Source: a virus
DNA length: 64,000 nt
Reading direction: 5' to 3' (one strand)
IMG/VR virus record: IMGVR_UViG_3300024999_000004
Location: 1-64,000 of that record
Shown here: piece after piece, positions 8,211-17,866 of the stretch
Layout: each line of letters starts with the position of its first letter
Numbering within the stretch: the first letter of the stretch is position 1
Position numbers and translations under genes: made by a program
Notes under the pieces: model-generated
Told to the model about the DNA's origin: nothing
The model's database searches: none
Seen by the model: only the letters and a program-made list of their open reading frames with translations

Positions 8211-10991
8211 CTACGACCTCCTGACCCCCCCGAATCCCGGGACCCCGCGCGTTTTCAATTGAGTATCCAGTTCTCCGTTGGCAATCATCGAACGGACAGT
8301 ATCCCGCAGGACAACACGAATCTGCTTTCCACCGGAGGAATTGGTCGTCTCTTCCGTAGTGGCGGAGACTCCGTTTACCCTGGTGGATTGGTCGATGACA
8401 ACGATGGAAGTGGAGCCTCCGACTGCGGACACGCCCAACTTACCACTTGCTGTTCTTGTCACGGGCATGATGGCCTCGGGGCCTTTCTCCCCCATGACCC
8501 CGAAGCCTCCCGCGTGATTGAACAGCGTGGGGGAGGACACGATGCCTCCGGATGCGAACGCGGATATCAGGCCGCTTGAACCATAGATGTTTCCGAGGGC
8601 ATTCGCGGTTACACCAGAGCCAGAGGCGGCTTTTTCACTTCGATCAGCATTTGCAGAGGCAATGCCCGAAACTACGGAGGTTCCTGCGGCAAGGGCTATG
8701 AGGCCCCAGCCTCGGGCGTCCTTCCCCATTGAGTTGATGAGTATGGTCAAGCCTGCGGAAAGGAACATTTGCGGAAGCTGCTTCAACAAGGATAGGCCGA
8801 TATTGCCTATGGCTGCGGCAAAGTCGTCGGCTCCTGCGGCTCCGTTGACAAAGAGTTCGCCCATGGCGAAGAGGGCGTCGAGGCCGGAGTTGGCGGCGAG
8901 ATCCCCTAATGCGCCTTTAAGGTTCTCCACAGCCTGATACATTTCTGCAAGTCTAGTTGCTTCCTCTTCAGCCCACCATGATTCCCCTTCGGGGAGAGCG
9001 GGGATAAGTTCCCACGGATTTCTTCTTGGAACTTCAGTAGCTCCGAAAGCCATCTCCCCCAAAGGGGTAGCGCTGGGGCCTCTGTTCATGGGAACAGGAA
9101 GAACATTATGACGGAGTCCTATATCAAGAAACTCTTGATTGCTACCAAAATCCACCATCTCACCGAGACTGGTTTCTGTGCGCCATGGGGTGTCCATGTC
9201 CCAGTCCCACCCCATCCCTTTCCCTTTGGCCGCAAGTCTGTCCATCTCTACTATAAAATCGAACAAAGGTTGCAGGAAAGCGTCGTTGATTCCTTGGAAG
9301 GCTATCCCGGCTTTGAAATCCGTGTCCTTCAAGGCAAGGAGGCTGGGAACGTATTCACGGGCGGAATCTGCAAGTTTTTGGTACATATCCGATTCAGACA
9401 TGCCGAGGGCTATGCGGGTCTTCTCGTTGGAGTACATTTGGTTGTACTTGCTGAGATCCCTCATGGTAGCGTCTACTGCGGATTCTCTCCCTCCATAACG
9501 AAAGGTGGTGCCTTTGTCTCCTGCTCCTGCAGCGGGAGTACCCAGCCTGCTCAAAGCAATATCCGAAAGTTTGAACTGGTCTTCCTTGAGCTGAAAAAGT
9601 TCTTTCTGAAGGTCCTTCACATCTATGAACAAGTTGTACCGGAAATCTTTGGTAGTAAGGTCCATAAGCCGCCGTATTTCGGCGGCGCGCTTTTCTGTGT
9701 AAGCTATTGCTGCAGTTATATCCCCTTTGGCTCCTTCACTACCAAGCACAGCCTTGAGATTTGGGGCGTCTATCGTCCCGGGGGTGAGCACAGAAACGAA
9801 TTTCTCCGCAGCAACCGTCAACAAGGGGAGCACAGAGGTGCCTATATCCGACAAAGCGAGTTTCCATGTATTCACTGCAATAGTAAGACGACCCTCGAAA
9901 GTATCCGCCATGGCTTCCGTGAATTTATAGAATCTTCCGCCTTCAGCGGTCAGCTTGGTAAGGGCAGCTTCGAATTCAGGAAGCCCTATCTCCCCTGCTC
10001 GGGTAAGCTCCCGTATCTTCATGGTAGTGGTGCCCATTACATCGGCGAGAGCTTCCATAATGGGGATACCGGCGTTTACAAACTGGTAAATGTCCTGCTG
10101 CATGGCCTTGCCTTGGCCACGTACCTGTCCATACACAAGGGCAAGATGCTCGAAATTCGAGCTGTTTCCTTGGGTGACATCCGCCAAGGTAAGCATGACA
10201 TCTTTTACTTCTTTCGCGGAGAAACCAAAGCCAAGGAGCGTCCTTGTCGCTCTATCCATAGCAGAAACAGTGACAGGGATTTCTGTGCTCAATTTCTTTA
10301 TATACAAAAGAAGATCCTCTCCTTCTACCTGTGTCGAGGTAAGAACGGAGTAGGATTTGGCCATAGTCTCCATGGCCGCTGCATTTTCCACCAACACTTT
10401 GGGTACAGCAGACAAGAGATTGTACAACGTCTGGAGACCGCGAACGACAAGGTAAGCTCCGGTGCCTAATCTGAGCATGGCTCCCAACACACCTTCCGCC
10501 CCTGTACGGGCATTCAGCAAGTTGGAGAACATATCAGTCCAGTCTTTCTGGGAGTTCCTTACTGTGGCTGCAGTCTTTTCGTGGGTAGAGGAAAGATTGC
10601 GCATTGCGGTAGCGTGTTTCTCCGCCACTTCGCCCATCTTGGCGTTGGCGGAGTAAAACTTGCGCATAACAGCATCGCTCGTGCCTACGGATCTTGCTGC
10701 CTTTTCGTGGGAAGTAGTAAGTTTCTGGAGTTTGGCAGAGTGAAGTTCAGTAGCCTCTGAGCTTCTCGTGGTTTGATCTGTAAGTTTCTGCTCCGCAACA
10801 CCCGTGCCAAATACTGCAGTTTTCAGCTTTTCGAGTCGCTCTGCTGTGCGAATGAGCGCCGCGTCGAATCGTTCTATCTGCGCAATAGTGGGCTTCGCGG
10901 ACATCCCCACAGCAGTGAGGGCTTGCTCAAAAGACTTTAACTGAGGGATTCCGCCGACTTTGGACTCTATAAGGAGGGAAGCATCCGCCAT
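8211..10991 (-). CDS. Tape measure protein
   Basis: 926 aa helical; LALVYGQVRGQGK...FVNAGIPI tape-measure domain; C-terminal FASGGIVSSPTLF...MGEKGPEAIMP. Confidence 0.92.
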   Translation of the reverse strand: MADASLLIESKVGGIPQLKSFEQALTAVGMSAKPTIAQIERFDAALIRTAERLEKLKTAVFGTGVAEQKLTDQTTRSSEATELHSAKLQKLTTSHEKAARSVGTSDAVMRKFYSANAKMGEVAEKHATAMRNLSSTHEKTAATVRNSQKDWTDMFSNLLNARTGAEGVLGAMLRLGTGAYLVVRGLQTLYNLLSAVPKVLVENAAAMETMAKSYSVLTSTQVEGEDLLLYIKKLSTEIPVTVSAMDRATRTLLGFGFSAKEVKDVMLTLADVTQGNSSNFEHLALVYGQVRGQGKAMQQDIYQFVNAGIPIMEALADVMGTTTMKIRELTRAGEIGLPEFEAALTKLTAEGGRFYKFTEAMADTFEGRLTIAVNTWKLALSDIGTSVLPLLTVAAEKFVSVLTPGTIDAPNLKAVLGSEGAKGDITAAIAYTEKRAAEIRRLMDLTTKDFRYNLFIDVKDLQKELFQLKEDQFKLSDIALSRLGTPAAGAGDKGTTFRYGGRESAVDATMRDLSKYNQMYSNEKTRIALGMSESDMYQKLADSAREYVPSLLALKDTDFKAGIAFQGINDAFLQPLFDFIVEMDRLAAKGKGMGWDWDMDTPWRTETSLGEMVDFGSNQEFLDIGLRHNVLPVPMNRGPSATPLGEMAFGATEVPRRNPWELIPALPEGESWWAEEEATRLAEMYQAVENLKGALGDLAANSGLDALFAMGELFVNGAAGADDFAAAIGNIGLSLLKQLPQMFLSAGLTILINSMGKDARGWGLIALAAGTSVVSGIASANADRSEKAASGSGVTANALGNIYGSSGLISAFASGGIVSSPTLFNHAGGFGVMGEKGPEAIMPVTRTASGKLGVSAVGGSTSIVVIDQSTRVNGVSATTEETTNSSGGKQIRVVLRDTVRSMIANGELDTQLKTRGVPGFGGVRRS

Positions 10992-11026
10992 GTTATTCTC
11001 CCCCTAAATTATCCCTGCAGTCCTCT

Positions 11027-11392
11027 CTACTTCTCCTTCATGATCTCCCCGATCACCGAAGAAGCCGCCTGATCCATGGACAGTATAGCAGAAATCTCCA
11101 CGGGCGTCAATTTGTATCCTGCCACGGTCTCGTAGGCCGCGATGTCCTGAAAGGAAACCCCTTCAGATCCTCTTAATCTTATGAATATGGTGAACAGATA
11201 CTCGAAGCCCTCGGGGACCGGAACATCCTGTGCAAGCTGGTCATCCACACTTCCGCTATCCGCCCCCGAAGGCAGTTGCCTGCGGACAGAAGTGAGCGTG
11301 CTCCGCAGGGTGTTTCCGTCCTTCCTCGGGTAATCGAGGGTGAACTTGCCCCGAACCGCTTCTGTCAGCTCTTCGGTTCGGGCTTGATAAAA
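11027..11392 (-). CDS. Tail assembly chaperone GT extension (-1 frame of the upstream chaperone)
   Basis: The -1 frame is open from about 11392 (FYQARTEEL...KFTLDYPRKDGNTLR...PEGFEYLFTIF...LTPVEISAILSMD) with no clear start of its own; lies directly before the TMP. Confidence 0.7.
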   Translation of the reverse strand, partial: FYQARTEELTEAVRGKFTLDYPRKDGNTLRSTLTSVRRQLPSGADSGSVDDQLAQDVPVPEGFEYLFTIFIRLRGSEGVSFQDIAAYETVAGYKLTPVEISAILSMDQAASSVIGEIMKEK

Positions 11393-11814
11393 TTGCTGCG
11401 GTACTTATAGTACTCAAGAACTTGCTCGCGGATCATGGGGACTTTGGTGTACAGCATCGTGGCGTTGGCTTTGTCGAATTTCAGCTCGTCCTTGCCCCAA
11501 GAGATGTTCTTCCAGTCCTTCGTGAGGCGTATGGCTCGGGCGACATCACGCTCCACACGCTCGGTGGCTTCTTTGTCAACAGGAAGGGGGGCTTCGGCTT
11601 TCTTGGTAGCAGCTCCTGCTGCGCGGGAGGCAAACATATCACCGAGCTTCCGGCTGTTCTCGCGCTCGGCTTCAATATCAATGCTCGCGGCTTCCTTGCT
11701 GTCGGGTCCGAGGACCTTGATTTGAGCGTCCAGGGGGTTGTTTTGTAAGTCGTTTACAACCATCCACGTGCCCTCGGCGCTAGACTCTTCGGTGTTGAAA
11801 GACTTGAAATCCAT
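11365..11814 (-). CDS. Tail assembly chaperone G
   Basis: IKVLGPDS...LTKDWKNI...IREQV...RSNF; canonical position between tube and TMP. Confidence 0.85.
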   Translation of the reverse strand: MDFKSFNTEESSAEGTWMVVNDLQNNPLDAQIKVLGPDSKEAASIDIEAERENSRKLGDMFASRAAGAATKKAEAPLPVDKEATERVERDVARAIRLTKDWKNISWGKDELKFDKANATMLYTKVPMIREQVLEYYKYRSNFIKPEPKS

Positions 11815-11958
11815 GTCGCTTCCTTTCTATGGAGAGAGGGGAATAAGGCTCCCCGTACGGAGAGTCAACAAACAATAAACTGACAACGCCGAAAGGAAAT
11901 CCATGGCACTTCCTTTCTATGGAGAGAGGGGAATAAGGCTCCCCCGTATGGAGGAGCC
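11806..11958. repeat. ~55-bp direct repeat, 90-bp period, duplicating hairpin + RBS + ATGGATTTC start of chaperone G
   Basis: GAAATCCATG..CTTCCTTTCTATGGAGAGAGGGGAATAAGGCTCCCC at 11806 and 11896. Confidence 0.9.
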
Positions 11959-11965
11959 TATTTGA

Positions 11966-13276
11966 TTATGCAGGATCGAGCCTCGAAACACGCATGTTCG
12001 TAGTGGCCGCACCTTTGGTGTTGGCGGAAGGAGTCAGTTCAATCGCAGTCCATGTGACTTCCTGTATCACTTTCTTGGGGTCCGTGGTTTCCGTAAGTCC
12101 CATGATCTGAATGTTGGGCAGATCAAAAGCATACCCCATGCCCGCGCCTTGGGTGGTCAAAGTAGTGCCGAAATCCGGGTCCATCAACCGCACAGTGAGA
12201 CCAAACTTCGTCTCCGCCCTGAACTTGGTCCAATAGCTATTGTCTGTAAGGAAGATGCTCATGGTTCCACTGATGACAGAGTTCCCTTTTCCAAGACCGT
12301 AGGGATATCGGGCACCCACAGGAAGCAGGGATTCGATGTCGTTGGTACCGTTGATTGTTAGTGCCGTGACTACCGCAACAGGAGTATTATCCTGCGTGAT
12401 GTAGGCCAAAATGTCATTGGCAGTAAGGACGGAATTGGTGTCAGCCGCTACGATCGATGCTCCAGCGGCCACTGTTGAGTACACAGAAACATCAGTGGCT
12501 GCGGCGGCACGGGTATCTCCCTGCCCGAGCACACGGCCCATAAACTCGAAGGCTCCGGTAACTATGGAGTCGGGGTTGATGGTCAGGGAGAAGGTATTGG
12601 CGATGCATCCGATGGCCATCTTGACCTGAACGAGAGTAGCTGCGGTGTTGGTGAGAGTCTGCTCAAAAGCAAGGGATTTCACAGAGGTTCCAGGGGAGAC
12701 ATAGGCCATTCTGCGAATGACCACATCCGCATGGCCCGGAGTCGCGTGGGCCACCATAGTGGCATAGTTCGGGGTCACTATGGTGATGCTGGTATCGTTG
12801 ACAAGGGCCGAAATTCGGTAGTACCCATTGTTACCCAAATCAGTTGTCAAGAAACCGGAGAGGCGTATCCATTGGCCTACTGCGAGGGTTCCGGTCTCTG
12901 TGACCGTAAGTAAGGTAGTGGCCGCAGGCGTCCCTACAATTACGTTTTGTGCCGCCATAGCTGCTTCAGCAGCAGTGAAGTCCGCACACATCCAACTTTC
13001 CAGAAAATCGTCGAACTGCATCGATCCTGCAGTATGCCCGCCCGAATAGGAAAGTTCGAAAGGAACCGACACAGCGGGTGTGTGGGCCCCAAGGCGCACG
13101 GATGTCAGGGCACGCCTGGTGTTCAATTCAGCAGTGGTAAGCTGCGTCCTTCCTTCACCGATGGAGGCGGCGGGAAGCTTTCTCACAGATGTGAATGCAG
13201 TTATGGGAACTGCCCAAGACGTTTCTTTACAATAGCCCAAATACGCGCCGGTCCCCTCGACTATCTCACCTGCCAT
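11966..13276 (-). CDS. Major tail tube protein
   Basis: YCKETSW...FELSY...FDDFLES...FSLTINPDSIVTGAFEFMG...ISGTMSIF; expected position before the chaperones. Confidence 0.85.
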   Translation of the reverse strand: MAGEIVEGTGAYLGYCKETSWAVPITAFTSVRKLPAASIGEGRTQLTTAELNTRRALTSVRLGAHTPAVSVPFELSYSGGHTAGSMQFDDFLESWMCADFTAAEAAMAAQNVIVGTPAATTLLTVTETGTLAVGQWIRLSGFLTTDLGNNGYYRISALVNDTSITIVTPNYATMVAHATPGHADVVIRRMAYVSPGTSVKSLAFEQTLTNTAATLVQVKMAIGCIANTFSLTINPDSIVTGAFEFMGRVLGQGDTRAAAATDVSVYSTVAAGASIVAADTNSVLTANDILAYITQDNTPVAVVTALTINGTNDIESLLPVGARYPYGLGKGNSVISGTMSIFLTDNSYWTKFRAETKFGLTVRLMDPDFGTTLTTQGAGMGYAFDLPNIQIMGLTETTDPKKVIQEVTWTAIELTPSANTKGAATTNMRVSRLDPA

Positions 13277-13360
13277 GGTATTTCTCCTCTAGCTTATACA
13301 CTATATTGCTCTGTAGGCTGGAAGCCTACCCTAGAAAGAATCAGGTCAAACAAAAGTATA

Positions 13361-14242
13361 TCACGGAGAAGAGGTTATAGCAATACCCTGCTGTTCATTG
13401 TACTCTTTCAGATATTGCCAACGATGTTTTTTGTAGCTTTGCTTGTACCCTTTCAGACAGGCAACTAAACCGGAATAACACTTTGCGCCGGGGTCGTACT
13501 TCTCTGCAGCTTGCGCCAATGAGTCAAATACTTCCTTGGTATCCAAACAAACTACAGGGACTCCGTGAGTCTTTCTTTTATTCTCTCTGAACTTTGCTCT
13601 ATCTTCCTCTGTAAAAGGATGCTCTATATGGTACATTTTGAGCGCGGCACTCAGTCTACCTCTCGCTTTGTCAGGATCAGAGAATTGTTCCCATCCGTAG
13701 CCTCCTCTTGCCATTCGTGTAGCTCTAGCTTTGGTGATCTGCTCCGCCGTAATATTTCGAACATTGGGATGGCTAAAGAACTTTTTTCTTTGCTCTTCCG
13801 TCCACTTTTTGCCTACGTTGGCAAGACGAAGTTTTTCTTTGCATTCGGGGGATCTTGGTATGCCTCTCTTCTTGGCTGCCGATTTTTCATTGGCCTCCGC
13901 AGACCGAATTCTTCCTTTGGAAGAACCGCAGGAGTCTGTCTTCAGATTATACCCAAACTTCGGATGTATGGAATTCGTGGCCCACATCCATCTCTCTTCC
14001 TTCAAAGAGAGATCCTCCGCAGTATCCGCGTAATCCACAACGAACCAAAAGAACGCCTCGGGACCGTGCTTGAATATTGAATTGTGAAATCTATTTGTGG
14101 AACGCTTCTTACCGTGCCACAGATGCGTAGCTTTACGCCTTTCCAGACGCATCGTGGTCTTCCCCACGTAGTACTTTTGCGTAACAGTGTTAACCGCCGC
14201 ATAGATAATCCCATACGGCCTCACGTTCTCCTCGATACTCAT
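13361..14242 (-). CDS. Free-standing GIY-YIG homing endonuclease with NUMOD3-like repeats
   Basis: GIIYAAVNTVTQKYYVGKT...R...H, E..W, GYN; basic RS.E repeats; C-terminal PVVCLDTKEVFDSLAQAA HTH. Start overlaps the upstream stop (ATGA). Confidence 0.88.
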   Translation of the reverse strand: MSIEENVRPYGIIYAAVNTVTQKYYVGKTTMRLERRKATHLWHGKKRSTNRFHNSIFKHGPEAFFWFVVDYADTAEDLSLKEERWMWATNSIHPKFGYNLKTDSCGSSKGRIRSAEANEKSAAKKRGIPRSPECKEKLRLANVGKKWTEEQRKKFFSHPNVRNITAEQITKARATRMARGGYGWEQFSDPDKARGRLSAALKMYHIEHPFTEEDRAKFRENKRKTHGVPVVCLDTKEVFDSLAQAAEKYDPGAKCYSGLVACLKGYKQSYKKHRWQYLKEYNEQQGIAITSSP

Positions 14243-14685
14243 GCGTATACATCCGCCCAGAATTCCGCACTCACTATAAGCCCGTACCACGAGTCCGAAA
14301 TTTTTGGAAAATGACGAATTCCCGGAGTCATCATGTGTACGTACTGTGTAGGCGCGGCCGTCGGATACCCAATCGAAGTCCCGCGCTTGAATGCCGCCGC
14401 TATGGTGTTGGCCGCAACGAAACCATCATACAATCCTGCCGGGTTTCCATCGACCGTAACCTTCGGGACCCGGATCGTGATCTGTAAAAATCCCTTGTGC
14501 CTATCTGCGGCTTGAGGGAAGAGCCCTGCGGCGACGGGTTGGGCGTAGAGAATATCTACGGCGTAATTCATTTGGGTGACAGGGAAATCCACGCTGGGAC
14601 CGTTAGGATATGAGGTATAAGCATCGTATCCCAAGGCGGAGAAATGTGCGATCAGAGCGCCGTCGATATCAGATTGCTGGCCCAT
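14239..14685 (-). CDS. Tail terminator-like protein
   Basis: YPN...F..GFLQITI.VP...A..IAAAFKRGT; gene order. Confidence 0.7.
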   Translation of the reverse strand: MGQQSDIDGALIAHFSALGYDAYTSYPNGPSVDFPVTQMNYAVDILYAQPVAAGLFPQAADRHKGFLQITIRVPKVTVDGNPAGLYDGFVAANTIAAAFKRGTSIGYPTAAPTQYVHMMTPGIRHFPKISDSWYGLIVSAEFWADVYA

Positions 14686-14699
14686 TCAGACCCTCCAGA

Positions 14700-15179
14700 T
14701 TATGCTCCTGCAAGGTACTTTCTTGCTTCGGACGCTACAATAGTATCCCACGTCAGGGCATTTACTCGAACAAATCCAGCGACCGCCTGTGAACTGAAGC
14801 CTCCGACAGTACGCCCCGTCTTGCTGGGGCTTGGATATTGCCCATACTCCAACATTTGAGCATACTCGCTGTACAAGGAAGCAAAAACGGACTCTCCTTC
14901 CGAGGGCTTCCAACTTGCTGCCGCTGCTCTGACTGCCGCTTTCGCCGCCTCTCCGGAACGGTCGTTACGATGGACTTCCGAAGGTTCGGAACCAGCCTCT
15001 GCATTCCAATCACCTCTTGCCGTAACATCGTCGGGGTCTGTTTCATCGATGGGCGTTTCTGAAATAATTTTATCCATCAAAATTATGAAGCTCCTCCTAG
15101 CCACCTCATCCGGGATGCTCTTGAGCTTCAGCTTCATTGCATCCAGTTGCAACAGAAATTGACCTATGTTGCTTTCCAT
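14700..15179 (-). CDS. HK97 gp10-like tail completion protein
   Basis: TPID...ARGDW...YAQMLEYG...GFSSQA..GFVRV. Confidence 0.75.
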   Translation of the reverse strand: MESNIGQFLLQLDAMKLKLKSIPDEVARRSFIILMDKIISETPIDETDPDDVTARGDWNAEAGSEPSEVHRNDRSGEAAKAAVRAAAASWKPSEGESVFASLYSEYAQMLEYGQYPSPSKTGRTVGGFSSQAVAGFVRVNALTWDTIVASEARKYLAGA

Positions 15180-15206
15180 TGCAATTCTCCCCCGTCCATT
15201 ATTGCC

Positions 15207-15284
15207 TTATAGAACAAGCCAGAAGTACAGAACCAATGCTCCGTTGATCCCCCCTACAAAAAGAGCAAACAACAGATACTCCAC
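15207..15284 (-). CDS. Possible 25-aa hydrophobic peptide (MEYLLFALFVGGINGALVLYFWLVL)
   Basis: GTG start 1 nt after the upstream stop; one TM-like helix filling the intergenic gap. Confidence 0.4.
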   Translation of the reverse strand: MEYLLFALFVGGINGALVLYFWLVL

Positions 15285-15285
15285 C

Positions 15286-15717
15286 CTACGCCCTGCACTG
15301 AAGCGTCCACAGGATCGTAGTAACTACTCCCGAGGTTTCATCCTCTCCCGGCTGCAAACTCTTTACAGAAACGATATTTAGCACAACACTTCCTAAGACC
15401 AGTTTGTCCGCCGTAGTCGGATCTGTGAGGTCTGAAGTTATGAACTTCCTGTCAGAAGACATTATCGAAGTCCCGTCAATCTCCGTGGCCTCATACTTGC
15501 TCTCAACCACACGCCCCGCCACCAGAGTCACCGCAGTAGCCGGATCAACGTACACAATGACATGGGTCGTGTTATTCTCCCACTGATACCGGCTCTGCCC
15601 CGCGTTCCACGTCTTTGTATAGCCTGCGGAAGTTCCGGGGCGCTGCAAAGAAGCAGCCTTCCCGTTCTTATTGATGAGCCTCTGAGCCACGTTGGTTTTT
15701 ATCTTCGCGTATTGCAT
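15286..15717 (-). CDS. Head closure / head-tail adaptor protein
   Basis: A.RLI.KNG...IDGTSI.SSDRK...P...DKL...V..LQPG...LQCR. Confidence 0.7.
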   Translation of the reverse strand: MQYAKIKTNVAQRLINKNGKAASLQRPGTSAGYTKTWNAGQSRYQWENNTTHVIVYVDPATAVTLVAGRVVESKYEATEIDGTSIMSSDRKFITSDLTDPTTADKLVLGSVVLNIVSVKSLQPGEDETSGVVTTILWTLQCRA

Positions 15718-15718
15718 C

Positions 15719-16228
15719 TCAGCACCTTAAAACAGACAGAGACCCTCTTCCACCCACAACGAGGGGGGAGATCATGGCCGCAATCGTCGGGTACACGGTG
15801 GCGGAAGACGCGCCTTCAAAATACTCTATGGTGATGATATCCACTTTCTCGCTCTTCACCGCCCCTCCTCTATCGCGCGAAGCGAGAAGTGCTCCGGGAG
15901 TTGCAAGTTCGATAAGAGCAGCTTCCGCCGTCACGTTCTTCAGGATGACAGGGACGCCTGTGAGTTCGAATTCCTCGGGGTAGGTGTAGGCATAGCTTCG
16001 GGGCCAGTCGAGGGCCTGCGCGTAAGAGAACTTCTCGCCGCGCCACTGCCCGGAATACAGGGAATCCAGGGATCGGGTGGCACGCACGAGGGCAGTTTCC
16101 TTGTCAGCCGTCAGGGCGGCTGCCCATGCGGTATTCCCCATATCCGCGTGATATGTGTCGGCGGCAGTTACTGCCAAATAACTCGTCGCGGTCGAAATTC
16201 CTGTGCCATCCTCAACGACAAAAGCCAT
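15719..16228 (-). CDS. Head-tail connector (DnaT-like phage family)
   Basis: MAFVVEDGTG...ATSY...AD.YH...KE.ALVRAT..LD...QALDWPR...EKVD.I.IEY. Confidence 0.85.
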   Translation of the reverse strand: MAFVVEDGTGISTATSYLAVTAADTYHADMGNTAWAAALTADKETALVRATRSLDSLYSGQWRGEKFSYAQALDWPRSYAYTYPEEFELTGVPVILKNVTAEAALIELATPGALLASRDRGGAVKSEKVDIITIEYFEGASSATVYPTIAAMISPLVVGGRGSLSVLRC

Positions 16229-16289
16229 AAGTATCTCCTACTGATAAGGAAGTTTAGCACAAAAACCGCATGCGGACAATAGCCACAGC

Positions 16290-16850
16290 TTAGAACTGAA
16301 GCTCAAACAATATCTGGCTTATGTTAAATATGATGTCTTTCCCTGAACCGTTCACCACTTCCATGAGTGTCTTTCCTGAATTTGGCCTTATGATGTTGAC
16401 ATCCGTTTGAGTACTCCCGCCTCCGCTGCTCTGGTTCGTGCTTCCTGTCCCCACGAGCCATTCCAGCGCCGACTCTCCCTTGACTGTTCCGGTAGGCCCT
16501 TCCGTCAAAGTCAACTTGGACTCCCCACCGATTATCGTATTCAGATTGTATGCATGGAGCAAGGTCCCGCCCGAATAGTTTGTTCCTCTGTAGACAATGA
16601 CGGTGACGGGGCCACTCGTAGTAGAAAACTGTGCGGGACGCAGAAACACTACTTTGTTCAGTCCAACCAACGTTGTGTAGTCCAGCAAAATAAGAAGGGA
16701 GGCCCCTGTCAGGATAGTGAAGTTCTTCTGAAGCAGGAAGCCTGCTCCTCTTACTGTGTAATCGTCGGCGTAGGTTGTAGTCCTGCTGGCGTCTCCGGAG
16801 AAAGAGCGGGAGTTCTCTGTAAGTTCCGCCACCCTTTCCATAGCGCTCAC
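16290..16850 (-). CDS. Putative virion protein, similar in layout to 16853-17416
   Basis: Beta-rich, Gly/Thr-rich; in the structural operon. Confidence 0.6.
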   Translation of the reverse strand: MSAMERVAELTENSRSFSGDASRTTTYADDYTVRGAGFLLQKNFTILTGASLLILLDYTTLVGLNKVVFLRPAQFSTTSGPVTVIVYRGTNYSGGTLLHAYNLNTIIGGESKLTLTEGPTGTVKGESALEWLVGTGSTNQSSGGGSTQTDVNIIRPNSGKTLMEVVNGSGKDIIFNISQILFELQF

Positions 16851-16852
16851 GG

Positions 16853-17416
16853 TTAGCCCCTGGATTCCTCGTAGAAAGGAAGGTCGAAATACCCGGTGGT
16901 GGCAGTGGCCGCTCCGATGTTCGTGAACTTCACGAGGTAAAGGGTCCCCGGCTTCAGAACGATTTCCTGTGTTCCTCCTGCGGAGCCTCCTGAAGCATTA
17001 CCCGTACCCGCAGCGCCCGCTCCATCCTGCCCTACGATGGTTCCGTAAACTGGATTGGCTACGCCCACCGTGACAACAGTACCAGCAAGATTGGAGGAAT
17101 TCCTGTTGCGGTTTATGGGAATATAAGCAGAGCCATCGGTCGAGGAGGTGCCCTCGTACACTTGCACCGCCAGGAGATTGGCTGTGGACAGAAGTTTGGC
17201 GGGACGAAGATGGATGTACTTGCCTGCCGAGGCTACGGGAGTCAACAGAGTGACAACGTACACGGCGGCGGCAGCCAGAGATCCCGTATTCCCGATCACG
17301 CTGAAGCTCTTCCCTTCGTGTATCTCTCTGTGGTCGTTATCCATGACTCCGAGGGCTCCGGTGAAGGCGTCTCTTGCCCCCTCCAGAATTTCCGTTGTTC
17401 GTTCGGGGGCGCTCAT
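16853..17416 (-). CDS. Putative virion protein
   Basis: HREIHEGKSF...PINRNRNS...EIVLKPGTLYLVKFTN...FYEE; RBS AGGAG before ATG 17416. Confidence 0.65.
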   Translation of the reverse strand: MSAPERTTEILEGARDAFTGALGVMDNDHREIHEGKSFSVIGNTGSLAAAAVYVVTLLTPVASAGKYIHLRPAKLLSTANLLAVQVYEGTSSTDGSAYIPINRNRNSSNLAGTVVTVGVANPVYGTIVGQDGAGAAGTGNASGGSAGGTQEIVLKPGTLYLVKFTNIGAATATTGYFDLPFYEESRG

Positions 17417-17417
17417 A

Positions 17418-17798
17418 TTAGGGTCTCCTCTGGAGGTTCTTCCTGACAAACTTGGGCTGGTGGGGGGCTTCAGCGGCAGGGGCTTTCACTACTACAGAAG
17501 CAGACGCTTCCGCTTCGACCGGAACTTCCGGGTCTTTCCTTACTACGGAAGGCTCGGAAGTGACAACTTCCGCCACCGGGGGAGGAGCCGGAGCGGGGAC
17601 AACGACTTCCACGACAGGAGCTGGATCTTCAACTACAGGCGCGGGAGCCGAAATCACCTCTTCCCTGAACTTGCACTTCCGCAAGATGTCAATCTCTTCC
17701 GGTTTGTCTGTAGCATATTCCCCTCCAACAAAAGAACAGAGGGTTTTGTTGTTGCCCGGGTCCCATACATGGCCGTTACCAAAGAACTTGATTTTCAC
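17418..17798 (-). CDS. Hypothetical protein with Pro/Ala/Val/Glu-rich tail
   Basis: ORF with RBS AGGAG following the terminator. Confidence 0.6.
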   Translation of the reverse strand: MKIKFFGNGHVWDPGNNKTLCSFVGGEYATDKPEEIDILRKCKFREEVISAPAPVVEDPAPVVEVVVPAPAPPPVAEVVTSEPSVVRKDPEVPVEAEASASVVVKAPAAEAPHQPKFVRKNLQRRP

Positions 17799-17820
17799 TT
17801 GATTCTCCTAAATCCCCACG

Positions 17821-17858
17821 AAAGAAAAGAGCCCTCCCTCCATACCGGAGGAGGGCCC
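17821..17858 (-). terminator. Intrinsic terminator
   Basis: GGGCCCTCCTCC-GGTAT-GGAGGGAGGGCTC followed by TTTTCTTT. Confidence 0.75.
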
Positions 17859-17866
17859 TACCTTTA

